IMG/VR virus record: IMGVR_UViG_3300044957_000763 | Coordinates: 186,001 to 250,000 of that record | Length of the DNA: 64,000 nt | Direction: 5' to 3' (one strand) | Shown here: positions 10,082 through 19,841 of the stretch, one piece after another | How the letters are laid out: every line of letters begins with the position of its first letter | Numbering within the stretch: position 1 is the first letter of the stretch | Position numbers and translations under genes: made by a program | The notes under the pieces: generated by a model | What the model saw: only the letters and a program-made list of their open reading frames with translations | Databases searched by the model: none | What the model was told of the DNA's origin: nothing

Positions 10082-10828
10082 TTAATTGCAAGACCAGCCG
10101 TCTGGAGCATCATTAAAGTCTAAATCAAAGTACAAAGCCAGAATCATGCGGTTCAAGCCAAATGAATACCCTCCAAGCATCTCTTTGATGTCTTTATTTT
10201 TTAGTGACGCAAACCTCTCTCGAATGTGACTTGTGTCTCTATCCACGTATTGAGACCATTCATCAAAGAATTGAAGCAATACACTCATTGGCGGCACCGC
10301 TTTGCGCATTGTGTATTCTGTGTTGATTTTAGCAGACCATTGATTGAGAACTTTATCTGCCATCCACCTTCGGTGGTCTGCAATTGTGCTTTCTGGGTCT
10401 TGAGTCCAAATGAGTTTTTGACCCAAACTAAGTGGTTCAAAGTACACCCGCTCATCGTTGCCAACACGCAACGCAATTACCTCTACGTTTATTTTGGAAC
10501 CATGCTTAACTAATGTTTGGCAGAATTCTTGGATGTTGGTGAATTTGATATGTGACCACGCGCCCAATGACATGCCATCAATCTTCATTGCCTCTGTAAC
10601 AATGGCAAGCGCATCCATGTCATCCATTTTGTAGCGGAACGCGATAAAATCCACATTGTCTCCATCGGATAGTTGCATAAGCGCAAATGCTGTAGCACAG
10701 TCCATGCGATTAGCGTAACTATTTTCACAATTCTGCAATGTGTTTTTTGCCCAATCTTGAACTGACACTTTCAATCCTTTAGGATATGCTTTAGGTTTTC
10801 GTTCGTTCTTGCTTTTAGTTACTGTCAT
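10082..10828 (-). CDS. Hypothetical protein
   Basis: ORF; start moved to MTVTKSK, downstream of the terminator. Confidence 0.7.
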   Translation of the reverse strand: MTVTKSKNERKPKAYPKGLKVSVQDWAKNTLQNCENSYANRMDCATAFALMQLSDGDNVDFIAFRYKMDDMDALAIVTEAMKIDGMSLGAWSHIKFTNIQEFCQTLVKHGSKINVEVIALRVGNDERVYFEPLSLGQKLIWTQDPESTIADHRRWMADKVLNQWSAKINTEYTMRKAVPPMSVLLQFFDEWSQYVDRDTSHIRERFASLKNKDIKEMLGGYSFGLNRMILALYFDLDFNDAPDGWSCN

Positions 10829-10847
10829 GATTGTTATTATGGCACAT

Positions 10848-10882
10848 AAAAAAGGCCGATTACAATACAATCGGCCTTTTTT
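10848..10882. terminator. Bidirectional intrinsic terminator after pspA
   Basis: AAAAAAGGCCGATT-ACAATAC-AATCGGCCTTTTTT. Confidence 0.8.
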
Positions 10883-10891
10883 ATTGATTGG

Positions 10892-11641
10892 TTATTTTGC
10901 TGAGATTCTTGCCTCGAGTTCCGCAAGTTCACCTTCAACAGTAGAAGTGTTGTTTCCGGTTGTCACTGCGGCCGGAGAAGCAATGCCAAGCCTCTGCTCT
11001 AGGGCGCGTAGGTCGCTTTCTGCCTCTGTGTCAACAGCATATTGCTCCAACTGCATAACCTTGCCGGCGATAGACTCGCCAAACATTTCTTGTCTTGCCG
11101 CCGCTTCGCTTTGTGCGTCTTTGATTTTAGCCTCCGCTGCACCAAACCCTTCCAGCTCGTTCTCAAACGTAAGACCCTCAAGAGCCTTGGTAATAGAGTT
11201 TTGGATTTGTGCAGTCTTCCATTGTGCCTTGAGCGCCAAGGCCTCTGCGGTTTTCTTTCGAACTTCTCCCTCTTGGGTCTTGATGGCTTGTTTCACTTGT
11301 TCAACGGTTTTGTTTGCCGTTTCAAGCGATGCACGCAGACTCTCGAGATTGGACTCCCAGCGTCGTTTTTCCGCCATGAATGTCAATGCCAATTCGCGGT
11401 TTCCTTGCTTGAGGGCAAGTTCTGCCTTTTGTTCGCAGTTTGCGGCGTTGGTTTCAACCTCGCGCACCGTCATCTCAAGCCTATTCTTGGCCGCAAGTGC
11501 TTCAACTGCTCGTTCTCGGTTTCTGCTAAGAACTTCTTGCATGTCGCGCTTGGCCTGGTCGAGCATCATTTCTGGGTCTTCGACTGTAGTCATGAACTTG
11601 TTGAAAAATGCTTTGAGTAGGTTAATGAATCTTTTCCACAT
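10892..11641 (-). CDS. pspA: PspA/IM30 (ESCRT-III-like) family protein
   Basis: MWKRFINLLKA...EDPEMMLDQAKRDM, AELALKQGNRELA, coiled coil. Confidence 0.85.
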   Translation of the reverse strand: MWKRFINLLKAFFNKFMTTVEDPEMMLDQAKRDMQEVLSRNRERAVEALAAKNRLEMTVREVETNAANCEQKAELALKQGNRELALTFMAEKRRWESNLESLRASLETANKTVEQVKQAIKTQEGEVRKKTAEALALKAQWKTAQIQNSITKALEGLTFENELEGFGAAEAKIKDAQSEAAARQEMFGESIAGKVMQLEQYAVDTEAESDLRALEQRLGIASPAAVTTGNNTSTVEGELAELEARISAK

Positions 11642-12375
11642 TAGCTTTTATCTCCGGTTTCTTGAGCCTGAAGTTCTTCTTCAGCTTCTTGGAAGAACTG
11701 TGCCGTTGAATCAATTCCAATCTTAGAATCGCGCAGTCGTTTGCTGGTGCCTGCGGACATCATGGCGAATGTTTCATTAAAGTTCGCGGCACTCTTGGCG
11801 TATGCTCGAGTATTCCCGCTGGCAATATTGAGTCCGGCGGCGGCCCGAGCTGCTTGCCATTTGTCCTGGTCTGCACCAAGATATAGGAAAGTCCATCCGT
11901 TGTTTGTGAGTTCTTTGATTGCATCTGCAATCTCATCCTTCGTGTGCTTTTGTGATGCGTTTTCTTCTCCGTCTGTAAAGATGGCGAAAGTTACAGTAAC
12001 CTCTTCTGGTTCACCTAAAGTGCCTGCAACTACATCATCAAGGGCATTTGGTGCTTTATTTACAGCGCATTTGCACTCTTCAATCGCTTTACCAACTGCA
12101 TCCAGCAATGCTGTGCTTCCGCGAGTGAAGTATACATTCTTGGTTAGTGGCTCAAGATTCTGTACTGGTCGAGAGGCATATAATACCTCGATTACGTCGT
12201 CAAACAATACCAGTGTGACATTTGTGTCAACACCTTCTGCTGCCGAGTCTTTGGCGATGTTTGTAATATAGGTGTTGAAGCCGCCAATGACATCGTCTAT
12301 TTGACCACTCATTGAACCGCTGCGGTCTAAAACCGCCACCACTTCATGTCTTTGTTTCATATGGATTTTCACCAA
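11641..12375 (-). CDS. von Willebrand factor A domain protein
   Basis: MIDAS motif LDRSGSMS, TALLDAVG, IFTDGEENAS, FLYLGA. Confidence 0.9.
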   Translation of the reverse strand: MVKIHMKQRHEVVAVLDRSGSMSGQIDDVIGGFNTYITNIAKDSAAEGVDTNVTLVLFDDVIEVLYASRPVQNLEPLTKNVYFTRGSTALLDAVGKAIEECKCAVNKAPNALDDVVAGTLGEPEEVTVTFAIFTDGEENASQKHTKDEIADAIKELTNNGWTFLYLGADQDKWQAARAAAGLNIASGNTRAYAKSAANFNETFAMMSAGTSKRLRDSKIGIDSTAQFFQEAEEELQAQETGDKS

Positions 12376-12390
12376 ACAGTCACTATTATA

Positions 12391-12927
12391 TCACACATTG
12401 GGCTTTGTGCGCAAGAGTGAGTCGTTGGATTTTGCAATTGCATCAGCAAGCTCTACCACGCTTCCGTGCCTGCGCTCGGTAGCATACATGTGCTTTAAGT
12501 TGTTTATGAGTTCGATTGTATATTCAGCCGGCGTTTCTTGAATTAGTCGCTTATAAACACGCGTATCTGGCAGTCTAACTTCTGTTTTCAGATTGACTGG
12601 CGTAATCCAGTTGGCTGCAAGATTTATTTCAGAATATCTGTTTATCGAATCCCAATCTTGGATTTCGTATTCTTCTGGCAGTAGGTATTCCCGTCCACCA
12701 AGCCAGATTGACACCGCTCTGTGGTGCCCGTCATGCAAGTACAGACCACCATCTGGGAATCTACTGATGCGTACCAACGGAAATACACTGTCCTCTGGGT
12801 GGAATTCTGGGACATTTTCAATTGTGAATACACCGCCATTCCGCACGTGCTCGGTCATTCTTTTGACCTGAGACATGCTTCTGACCCAAGATTGAGTAAT
12901 TTGAAGTGTAATAAGATTGATAGGCAT
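12391..12927 (-). CDS. ParB/sulfiredoxin-like domain protein (start uncertain)
   Basis: LYLHDGHHRAVS motif. Confidence 0.6.
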   Translation of the reverse strand: MPINLITLQITQSWVRSMSQVKRMTEHVRNGGVFTIENVPEFHPEDSVFPLVRISRFPDGGLYLHDGHHRAVSIWLGGREYLLPEEYEIQDWDSINRYSEINLAANWITPVNLKTEVRLPDTRVYKRLIQETPAEYTIELINNLKHMYATERRHGSVVELADAIAKSNDSLLRTKPNV

Positions 12928-12982
12928 ACGTTTATATAATACCACATTATGGTGCATCGGTATAATGTGACACAGAGGTAAC

Positions 12983-13303
12983 ATGAAAAAGTTAATTTTA
13001 GCCCTTGGACTTGTCGCCATTTCGGCAATCGGACTTGCTCAATCAGGTGGCAAAGTAGTTCGTCGTATTCAAATCAGACACGCAGACCCGCAACTGATTT
13101 TTATGCTGTTATCTGGAACAACCAATTTCCAAACACCACCAGAAATGTCTACGATTTGGTTTGGTCTCGGAGGCAATGGTGGCTTCGGTAATGGTGGCTT
13201 CGGCGGTGGCAGCAACGGCTTCGGAGGCAATGGTGGATTTGGGGGCTTTGGCGGGGGCAACTTCGGTGGTAACAACGCCAGCGGCGGCCGACGGGGCAAC
13301 TAG
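12983..13303 (+). CDS. Small exported Gly-rich protein with secretin/NolW-like IxHADPxLI motif
   Basis: Signal peptide MKKLILALGLVAISAIGLA, RRIQIRHADPQLIFMLL, GGFG-repeat tail; AGAGG RBS. Confidence 0.7.
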   Translation: MKKLILALGLVAISAIGLAQSGGKVVRRIQIRHADPQLIFMLLSGTTNFQTPPEMSTIWFGLGGNGGFGNGGFGGGSNGFGGNGGFGGFGGGNFGGNNASGGRRGN

Positions 13304-13779
13304 TGCCCAGGCATTTTGCTTCCCTTTTTTGAATTACAAGTCAAGCACATAGTTTGACTGTTTGACATATCATTACTACCGCCGAGACTTTTTGGCATAA
13401 TGTGGTCGCGTGTCAGGAGTTTGTCATCTTCTGTGAACAACTCTAATGACGCGCGACCCTTTGCGTGTGGGTTGCGAAGCAGAAGGAAATAAGCACCACT
13501 GGCATGGCATGACGCACAGGTTGTACTTTGCTTGAATGTCAAGAGCTTCTTGCTGGCAATTGAAACATATATGGTTCCAAAATCTGTTTCAATTGTAGCC
13601 TTGAGTCCGTAATTACCATTATCTTCTGATGGAACCATGTCAAGAATTTCATTGACAGTGAACCTAGCCAAGACTTCATGCTTTGGAAAACACCGTACTA
13701 CATCCACCAATATTGGAATTAGGTGAAAACGTTTAGTAGACCTTCCTTCGAGTTTGGGGGATTTGCTTTTGCGCTTCAC
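13300..13779 (-). CDS. HNH endonuclease
   Basis: CASC...TRDHIMPKSLGGSNDMSNSQTMCLTCNSKKG; paralog of 61321..61788. Confidence 0.85.
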   Translation of the reverse strand: MKRKSKSPKLEGRSTKRFHLIPILVDVVRCFPKHEVLARFTVNEILDMVPSEDNGNYGLKATIETDFGTIYVSIASKKLLTFKQSTTCASCHASGAYFLLLRNPHAKGRASLELFTEDDKLLTRDHIMPKSLGGSNDMSNSQTMCLTCNSKKGSKMPGH

Positions 13780-13785
13780 TTCAGG

Positions 13786-14361
13786 CTATTCACAGGACAT
13801 TGCGACGTCTTCCATTATCGCATCTAGTTTGTTTTGTGTTGTTGGCAATTTGGTCTCGCCATCCACCTGAGACATGATTAATAGTTTACCGGATGGAGAA
13901 ACCGTATTTGTGAACTTGGTGATGTGTTTCATTCTAAGACTGTGATATGAGGTGTCCACGATTATAGCATCATAATCCTCTCCAACATGATATGCACTCA
14001 ACGTATGAAATTTCACTTCTGATTTTGTTTCACCAAATCCAATTTGTACGTGTCCATCTACAATTTGATATGTTCGCTCAGGCCTGCACTTTGAAAAGTT
14101 TTTGGCAAGCGTCGCGGCCAGTGTTTTTGAATGTGCAACCGCATTACCATCATCGGCAATATAAAGGCACTTAATGTTGGGCTTCCAATATGCACTAACA
14201 AGCGCATATGTAATACCAACTGTGGTCTGACCCTCTCTTTTATGAAAAAAGAAAAATGCCAGGTCTCTGTTGTCTTCTGCGAATACATTTGCTTGGTCTT
14301 CTGTAAACTTGTATCCTGCGATGCTTTCAGCAAGCTCTAGTTTTTGCTCCCATACATCCAT
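13786..14361 (-). CDS. Hypothetical protein, possible degenerate terminase-like/SF2 ATPase domain
   Basis: KREGQTT (Walker A-like) and YDAIIVD (Walker B-like). Confidence 0.45.
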   Translation of the reverse strand: MDVWEQKLELAESIAGYKFTEDQANVFAEDNRDLAFFFFHKREGQTTVGITYALVSAYWKPNIKCLYIADDGNAVAHSKTLAATLAKNFSKCRPERTYQIVDGHVQIGFGETKSEVKFHTLSAYHVGEDYDAIIVDTSYHSLRMKHITKFTNTVSPSGKLLIMSQVDGETKLPTTQNKLDAIMEDVAMSCE

Positions 14362-14369
14362 ATGGTATT

Positions 14370-14699
14370 ATGCACTTTGAGTATATGTTTGACGAGATAA
14401 ATTGTGCCCTTTGCGGCCGCTCAGTTTCTGTGGTAACCAATCATCATCTGGTACCACAATCAATTGGCAAGCGCAAGGGAATTAAACCTAGTGATTTACC
14501 ACAGGTCGACTTGTGTATCATGTGCCACAAACAATTGCACGCGCTGTTTTCAAATACCGAATTGGCTCAGTATTTGAGTGATATACAATTGCTTCTAGAA
14601 CATGAAAAAATTCAATCTTATCTTCGGTTTATTCGCAAACACCCAGGACACACCGTGTTTAAGGCTAAGAGAGGCGACGAACGGAAGAAGCGAAAATAA
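14370..14699 (+). CDS. Small HNH endonuclease-like protein
   Basis: CALCGR...NHHLVP...CIMCHKQLH. Confidence 0.75.
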   Translation: MHFEYMFDEINCALCGRSVSVVTNHHLVPQSIGKRKGIKPSDLPQVDLCIMCHKQLHALFSNTELAQYLSDIQLLLEHEKIQSYLRFIRKHPGHTVFKAKRGDERKKRK

Positions 14700-15174
14700 G
14701 TTCGTTAGCATTTGAAATGTAGTGGTCCCATGTAATTGCATCTAGTTCAGCAGCTTCTTTAATAATGATTCTGCTGGCTTTGTCTGAATCGCATTTACGA
14801 ATTTGCATTATGCGACGCAACAATTCGTCATAATTTGGTGCTGACACTATAATTACAGTATCTCCATCTCGTCTGACTGCATTTACCGCATAGACCGGCA
14901 CTTCTGCAAATTCTGCAAATTCTGCAAAATTTCTGAACTCATCAGAAACTGCTTTGCACACTTTTTCAAGCATATCTGGCGTGATAGCCAGTAGCTTTCT
15001 GGCTATAGACGGGTGCTCTAGATATTCACTTGGCACAATGTCTGCAATGCTTTGTTTGCCTTTGTCGGCTTCTATGTACAGGGGGAACCAATCATCCCAT
15101 CTAACGAACATTTGACCGGACGATTCCAACATGGTGGTTTTACCAGCATGTAAAACACCTGTGACGATTTTCAT
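14665..15174 (-). CDS. P-loop kinase-like protein (dephospho-CoA kinase-like)
   Basis: N-terminal IVTGVLHAGKTT. Confidence 0.55.
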   Translation of the reverse strand: MKIVTGVLHAGKTTMLESSGQMFVRWDDWFPLYIEADKGKQSIADIVPSEYLEHPSIARKLLAITPDMLEKVCKAVSDEFRNFAEFAEFAEVPVYAVNAVRRDGDTVIIVSAPNYDELLRRIMQIRKCDSDKASRIIIKEAAELDAITWDHYISNANELIFASSVRRLS

Positions 15175-15180
15175 ACGGTA

Positions 15181-15777
15181 TTATGCCTTGCCTTTCAATT
15201 TATATCGACCTTTTTCAACATTTCCCCATCGAAGATGGATTTCATTAAACTTAACATCTTTGGGCGTAAAATCAATGTGTGGCAACACGTCTGAGCCCCT
15301 GGTTCCGCTTTGTGTAAACCCGATGGTGATGTGTGGAGTAAAACCATGCTCTTCATTGACTGGTAGGCCTATGTTTTTAAGTCTTGTAGTCAAGTCTGAT
15401 TGAAATTTAGGTAGGCCTGGACCATCGAAGGAGTAGTAAATAGGATTTCTCGCGGAAGTGTCTTCGTGATTGCCGTCAGGTGTAAATACACCCAAGCCTC
15501 CAATTTTTCCATCAATCCCCGCATATTCTGAGGTGATTTGCTCCAAACACGCTTTTACCAAGTCAATTTTTGATTCTAACTTGTCGGCGTCGTTAAGCAA
15601 AACCAGGGTCATGTGCATGTCTTCTGGTGGAGACAAGTCGATTTCTATTTCGTTTGGTAGTTCTTTTGGTTTGACGACCATTTCCCTTGCCAAAGACTTT
15701 GGTAAATAGAAAGCAATCATTACATTATCGTATGATTTCTTCTTGGAAAGGCGATACCACATACATACTTTATACAT
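15181..15777 (-). CDS. 2H phosphoesterase (2'-5' RNA ligase / RNA 2',3'-cyclic phosphodiesterase family)
   Basis: Two HxT motifs: DMHMTL and FTPHITI. Confidence 0.85.
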   Translation of the reverse strand: MYKVCMWYRLSKKKSYDNVMIAFYLPKSLAREMVVKPKELPNEIEIDLSPPEDMHMTLVLLNDADKLESKIDLVKACLEQITSEYAGIDGKIGGLGVFTPDGNHEDTSARNPIYYSFDGPGLPKFQSDLTTRLKNIGLPVNEEHGFTPHITIGFTQSGTRGSDVLPHIDFTPKDVKFNEIHLRWGNVEKGRYKLKGKA

Positions 15778-15813
15778 ATAGGTCAGTTAGCCACACCTGT
15801 CCAATAATACACT

Positions 15814-17262
15814 ATGTTTGGTTTGTGCGAGTATCTGATGCAACAGGCGCAATCCCTTGATTCTCAAGGCCGCTATGCTATTGCAGATATCATAGACCGC
15901 CTGGCGCAATCGACATCAGAAAACTATCCGGTACTCTATCATGGAACAATGGAGGATTATGCCCCGGAAGATGTTCAGACCGACCAAAACATGCAAGGTC
16001 TATACATGACCACAAGCAAAAAGGGCGCCGGAGACTATGGTGATGTACGGACTTACAGACTAAAGCCAGATGTAAAAATTCTTGATTTGTCAGATGGCGA
16101 AGAACTATGGCAATGGATGATTGAGCAGGGGATTTTGGATGAAGAAGACATTGAAGATGTTGACCTGCACAGCTATGTAGTGGGCGGTCAGGTTTATCAA
16201 TATGACCTTTCCAGTAGGACTTATTACGCAGACGATATTGTTAAAACAGCCAGGTATCTTGGATACGATGTAGTCAAGATGCCAGATTATCCTTTGGGTG
16301 ATGACCATACTGCGTGGGTGGCCACACACAAAGACGCCATACAACCAGAGAGACTGTCGTACAGGCAGGCAAGTCCCACCGGAAGTGGTGAGTATTGGAT
16401 AGGCGAAGACGGCAATGCAATATACGCAGACGGTGATGTGGGCGACTACAATCATGCAATGATTGCAGAGCAAGAAATACTGAACAGGCTTGGCTATGAT
16501 TCATATTACGATGAACCCGTGGCATCTCTAGATGACGCCCAAAACCGATTTTCACGCTCTTTAGACAGTGCTAAAAGCTGGAACCCATATGACGAGTCAG
16601 ACCTTGGCGAGTACTTTGAAATGCTTATGGAAAAGTATGGCGAAGATGACTGGAAGGACTATGCTGAATTAGAAGAATATCTATTTTGGAAAGCGAACAG
16701 GCACACGACAGACGAACAAGAACTAACAAATCGCAAAAAAGAATTTGACCACCATTGGTCTGGAATGAAAGACCCAACCCTTCATGCAGTTCAGCACTTT
16801 GGGTGGCACAGGGTGAAGCCGTCTGGCAATATACCTGGAATTAGTGTTGAGACATGGGAACTTACACCGGCTACCGTCGAGACAATTGCAAGAGGCTTGT
16901 ATGATGCGTATGACGAAATGGCCGAAGTACAAAGATATAACATAGATGTGCGTTCTACAGGAGACTATTTGACCAACGTTCCGTTTAGTGAAATAGAAGA
17001 CGGTACAGTTGTATATCGACTGAAGAAACAACCATCCGCAACACCTATGCAAAAATCTCTCGATAATGTGGATTTGTCCAATCAAATGGCACAACATGCA
17101 CCAGTGTCAGACGCAAGATACAAAAGCGGTCTTGAGACAGCATATCCTGATAACGATAAAATCAAGGAACTTTATCGCTATCAGGGCGCGACCGACAACA
17201 CAGAGTTAATTAGGCACTCAAGTTCGGCATACTCTTGGTATGCGCCTACTGCGCAGATTTAA
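15814..17262 (+). CDS. Putative virion/ejected protein with ADP-ribosyltransferase-like domain
   Basis: N-terminal AQSLDSQGRYAIADIID motif; YHGT...GLYMTTSK..AGDYG...GYDVVKM pattern. Confidence 0.55.
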   Translation: MFGLCEYLMQQAQSLDSQGRYAIADIIDRLAQSTSENYPVLYHGTMEDYAPEDVQTDQNMQGLYMTTSKKGAGDYGDVRTYRLKPDVKILDLSDGEELWQWMIEQGILDEEDIEDVDLHSYVVGGQVYQYDLSSRTYYADDIVKTARYLGYDVVKMPDYPLGDDHTAWVATHKDAIQPERLSYRQASPTGSGEYWIGEDGNAIYADGDVGDYNHAMIAEQEILNRLGYDSYYDEPVASLDDAQNRFSRSLDSAKSWNPYDESDLGEYFEMLMEKYGEDDWKDYAELEEYLFWKANRHTTDEQELTNRKKEFDHHWSGMKDPTLHAVQHFGWHRVKPSGNIPGISVETWELTPATVETIARGLYDAYDEMAEVQRYNIDVRSTGDYLTNVPFSEIEDGTVVYRLKKQPSATPMQKSLDNVDLSNQMAQHAPVSDARYKSGLETAYPDNDKIKELYRYQGATDNTELIRHSSSAYSWYAPTAQI

Positions 17263-17896
17263 GCGTATACACATTCATGTAGTCGTGAATACCAGGCCAC
17301 ACAGGGATGCTGATGGTTTTGACACACTCCAGCCGCTCTTCAATCAAGTTGTGGAACTCGTCATCGCCAGTGCATCCACCATGCCCCTCACCAACATAGA
17401 TGAGCGTTTTCCCACCGTGCTTTAGATAGGTTTCTAGGCAATCGTGCGCCATTGGCGAATCATACGGCGGCCAACACAAGAACAAAGTTTTATCGCTGTG
17501 AAGTTCGGCAACTTCGACTCCGCCTTGAAATACTTGGGTGTATGCAGGAGCATAATCGCTCTTGGTCATGTATAGTTTGACCATTCCTTGGTCATTTACA
17601 CATGAGTCATAAGGAATGATTTCGCCACCGGCATCTTGCACTAGCTTAGCCCAGTATCCAAGACCACAGCCGATTTCAACCACCGGTCCGTAATGAACCA
17701 GTGCGTCGATTGCCTCTTGACTTGGCACTGCAAATGAGTACTCTTTGAGGCATTTGTCACGAGCCTGAAACACATTCGCAAATGTGTCGAAATTCCCCAG
17801 AACATTTGTATAGTGCTCTTCACCATACGTGGGTAGCACGCTGCCAACGGTAGCCATGTACTTTTCTAAATATGGGTTCCAGAATTTAGTCAACAC
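17246..17896 (-). CDS. SAM-dependent methyltransferase-like protein
   Basis: VVEIGCGLGYWA SAM motif; LFLCWPPY. Confidence 0.7.
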   Translation of the reverse strand: MLTKFWNPYLEKYMATVGSVLPTYGEEHYTNVLGNFDTFANVFQARDKCLKEYSFAVPSQEAIDALVHYGPVVEIGCGLGYWAKLVQDAGGEIIPYDSCVNDQGMVKLYMTKSDYAPAYTQVFQGGVEVAELHSDKTLFLCWPPYDSPMAHDCLETYLKHGGKTLIYVGEGHGGCTGDDEFHNLIEERLECVKTISIPVWPGIHDYMNVYTLKSAQ

Positions 17897-17948
17897 ATGG
17901 TTATTGTAGCATATACTGGTGCTGATTAGTCAAGTCAATAAATACAAT

Positions 17949-19004
17949 TCATAGCAACTTGCTCTCTCTCATTGAACCTGTGGTGAGGATTACATACTCT
18001 GTGTTCTCGCGCAACTCGTCAATATTGAATGCTCCGCTATAGCTTAGACCACTGGCGATTCCGCCAAGAATTTCTGCAAGCAGTTCAGACGTATCACCCT
18101 TATACGGCAAAAGCCTGTCAATGCCCTCAGCCGCAATACCTCTGCGTTTTCCAGTATCCTTGTGACGCTCTTGTGCTGTATATGAGCTCATTCCGTAGTA
18201 TTCTTTGAATTGCCCTTCTGGCAACTCGAGCAACGCACCAGGTGTGCTACTCGTGGCAGCAAGCATAGAACCAAGACACACGGCATTCGCACCAAAAGCA
18301 AGTGCTTTTACGATGTCTCCAGATGTCCTTAAACCACCGTCCGCGATGATGGGCACACCGGATTGCCTCGATGCGTCTGCGCAGTCAATAACACTGGCCA
18401 ATGTTGGCATGCCGTGACCAGTGACCATTCGAGTCGTGCATGCGCTTCCACCGCCAATACCAACCCGCACTGCATCCGCACCAGCATCAACCATGCGCAG
18501 GAAACCATGCCTGGTTGCAATGTTGCCGGCAATAACATCTAAGTGTGGGTATTTGGTTTTGACCTCGGTAATCGTATTGCAAACACTGTCGCTGTCTCCG
18601 TGTGCAATGTCAATGATAACACCAGCAAGATGTTCATGGTCTAACCATCCACCATTGATTTCCTCTCCTTTGACACCGATGCTTGCAATACCCCTTACCT
18701 GAGTAAATACATCACGCTTAAAGCATTTTTGAACAAACAGTTTCATTTGTTCTTGGTATTTTTCTGTGCTCATGAAGCGATGCATGAACCCGTAACTACC
18801 AGACTCCCACATATCACACATCATGTCTGACTCAGTGATGGTCGACATATTGGTTGAAACAACTGGGTGCTTGATTTTGATGTTTCTAGTGAGTTGGGTT
18901 TCTAGCGTTGGGGCCGTCCGACTTGGCACATTGCTGTGTTGTGGAACCAACAGGACATCATCAAATGACAAAACGGAATTCTGATACAATGTTGGACTAT
19001 TCAT
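17949..19004 (-). CDS. IMP dehydrogenase / GMP reductase family protein without CBS domains
   Basis: SFDDVLLVP, IDIAHG, VIAGNIAT, GIGGGSACTTR (catalytic Cys), IIADGG, YYGMSS; GMSS is more GMPR-like. Confidence 0.9.
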   Translation of the reverse strand: MNSPTLYQNSVLSFDDVLLVPQHSNVPSRTAPTLETQLTRNIKIKHPVVSTNMSTITESDMMCDMWESGSYGFMHRFMSTEKYQEQMKLFVQKCFKRDVFTQVRGIASIGVKGEEINGGWLDHEHLAGVIIDIAHGDSDSVCNTITEVKTKYPHLDVIAGNIATRHGFLRMVDAGADAVRVGIGGGSACTTRMVTGHGMPTLASVIDCADASRQSGVPIIADGGLRTSGDIVKALAFGANAVCLGSMLAATSSTPGALLELPEGQFKEYYGMSSYTAQERHKDTGKRRGIAAEGIDRLLPYKGDTSELLAEILGGIASGLSYSGAFNIDELRENTEYVILTTGSMRESKLL

Positions 19005-19076
19005 GCCAACTTGATTATGCCAAAAACCGCCCACTTAAAATAATGTTTCTTGAAAACAGAATGTGTAGTTCTAAAA

Positions 19077-19170
19077 TGGTACCCGCACCGGGATTTGAAC
19101 CCGGAAGACTCCCTAATCTGGGGACAATGCACGTTATAAGCGTGGTGTTTTACCGTTAAACTATACGGGC
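19077..19170 (-). tRNA. tRNA-Ile(UAU) with 24-nt variable region
   Basis: GCCCGTA/TGCGGGT acceptor, CCACG-CT TAT AA-CGTGC, T arm CCGGG-TTCAAAT-CCCGG, encoded CCA. Confidence 0.8.
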
Positions 19171-19186
19171 GTTTGAATTAAGATTG

Positions 19187-19261
19187 TGGGCCCTGTGGGA
19201 TTCGAACCCACGCTCTAGCGGTTATGAGCCGCTTGCTTTAGGCCGACTAAGCTAAAGGCCC
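19187..19261 (-). tRNA. tRNA with CAU anticodon, Ile2 (lysidine) type
   Basis: GGGCCTT/AGGGCCC acceptor, AGCGG-CT CAT AA-CCGCT; resembles Ile2 rather than fMet. Confidence 0.8.
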
Positions 19262-19284
19262 TCAATCTTTTTAGCAAAACTTTT

Positions 19285-19369
19285 AGGAGAGTGTGGGATT
19301 TGAACCCACGGGACATTGCTGCCCACCAGTTTTCAAGACTGACCCGATAAACCGCTCCGGCAACTCTCC
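19285..19369 (-). tRNA. tRNA-Ser(UGA)
   Basis: Cloverleaf with long V-arm, loop CT TGA AA. Confidence 0.9.
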
Positions 19370-19402
19370 GTGTAGTCCTGGGCACCGAAGTGCCCAGATA
19401 AT

Positions 19403-19810
19403 TTAGTTCTTCGGCTTGTCCAACGCATCCAGACTCAGGACAAGGACATCGCCCTCTCGAGTGTAATCGAGGTGATACGTTCCTTTGGCAAGAGGGGTGC
19501 CGCGCAAATCGCACATTAACTCGGTGAAATTCACCGAGCGACTAACTGTGCTGTCGAGCGCAAGCCGCTTGCCGAGCTTAACTCGGTTTGCGTTTGGTTT
19601 CTGGTGGAATGACAGGCCAATGGCGTTGCGACTCTTGTCAACGCGAATCCTGGTGTGAGTTGCAAGGCGGTTTAGACCAAGCTCTTGACCAAGAACGTTG
19701 TTGATAAGCAGTGTGGCAACATTGCCAGATGACGAAATTGTCGCACGAGGCCGCTTACTACGCTTGTCGTTGCGACTTGGTTTGTAGTTTTCCCAAGCCA
19801 TGAGTTTCAT
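19403..19810 (-). CDS. Hypothetical basic protein
   Basis: ORF inside tRNA region; start uncertain. Confidence 0.6.
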   Translation of the reverse strand: MKLMAWENYKPSRNDKRSKRPRATISSSGNVATLLINNVLGQELGLNRLATHTRIRVDKSRNAIGLSFHQKPNANRVKLGKRLALDSTVSRSVNFTELMCDLRGTPLAKGTYHLDYTREGDVLVLSLDALDKPKN

Positions 19811-19841
19811 CTTACCACACGGTTGGCGAACTTTGCAAGCC

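Noticed and set aside
10809-11726. 305-aa plus-strand ORF
   Set aside because: Antisense shadow of pspA.
19378-19397. CTGGGCAC-TTCG-GTGCCCAG hairpin
   Set aside because: Stable UUCG hairpin without a U-tract; likely a processing or stabilising element, too little evidence to call.
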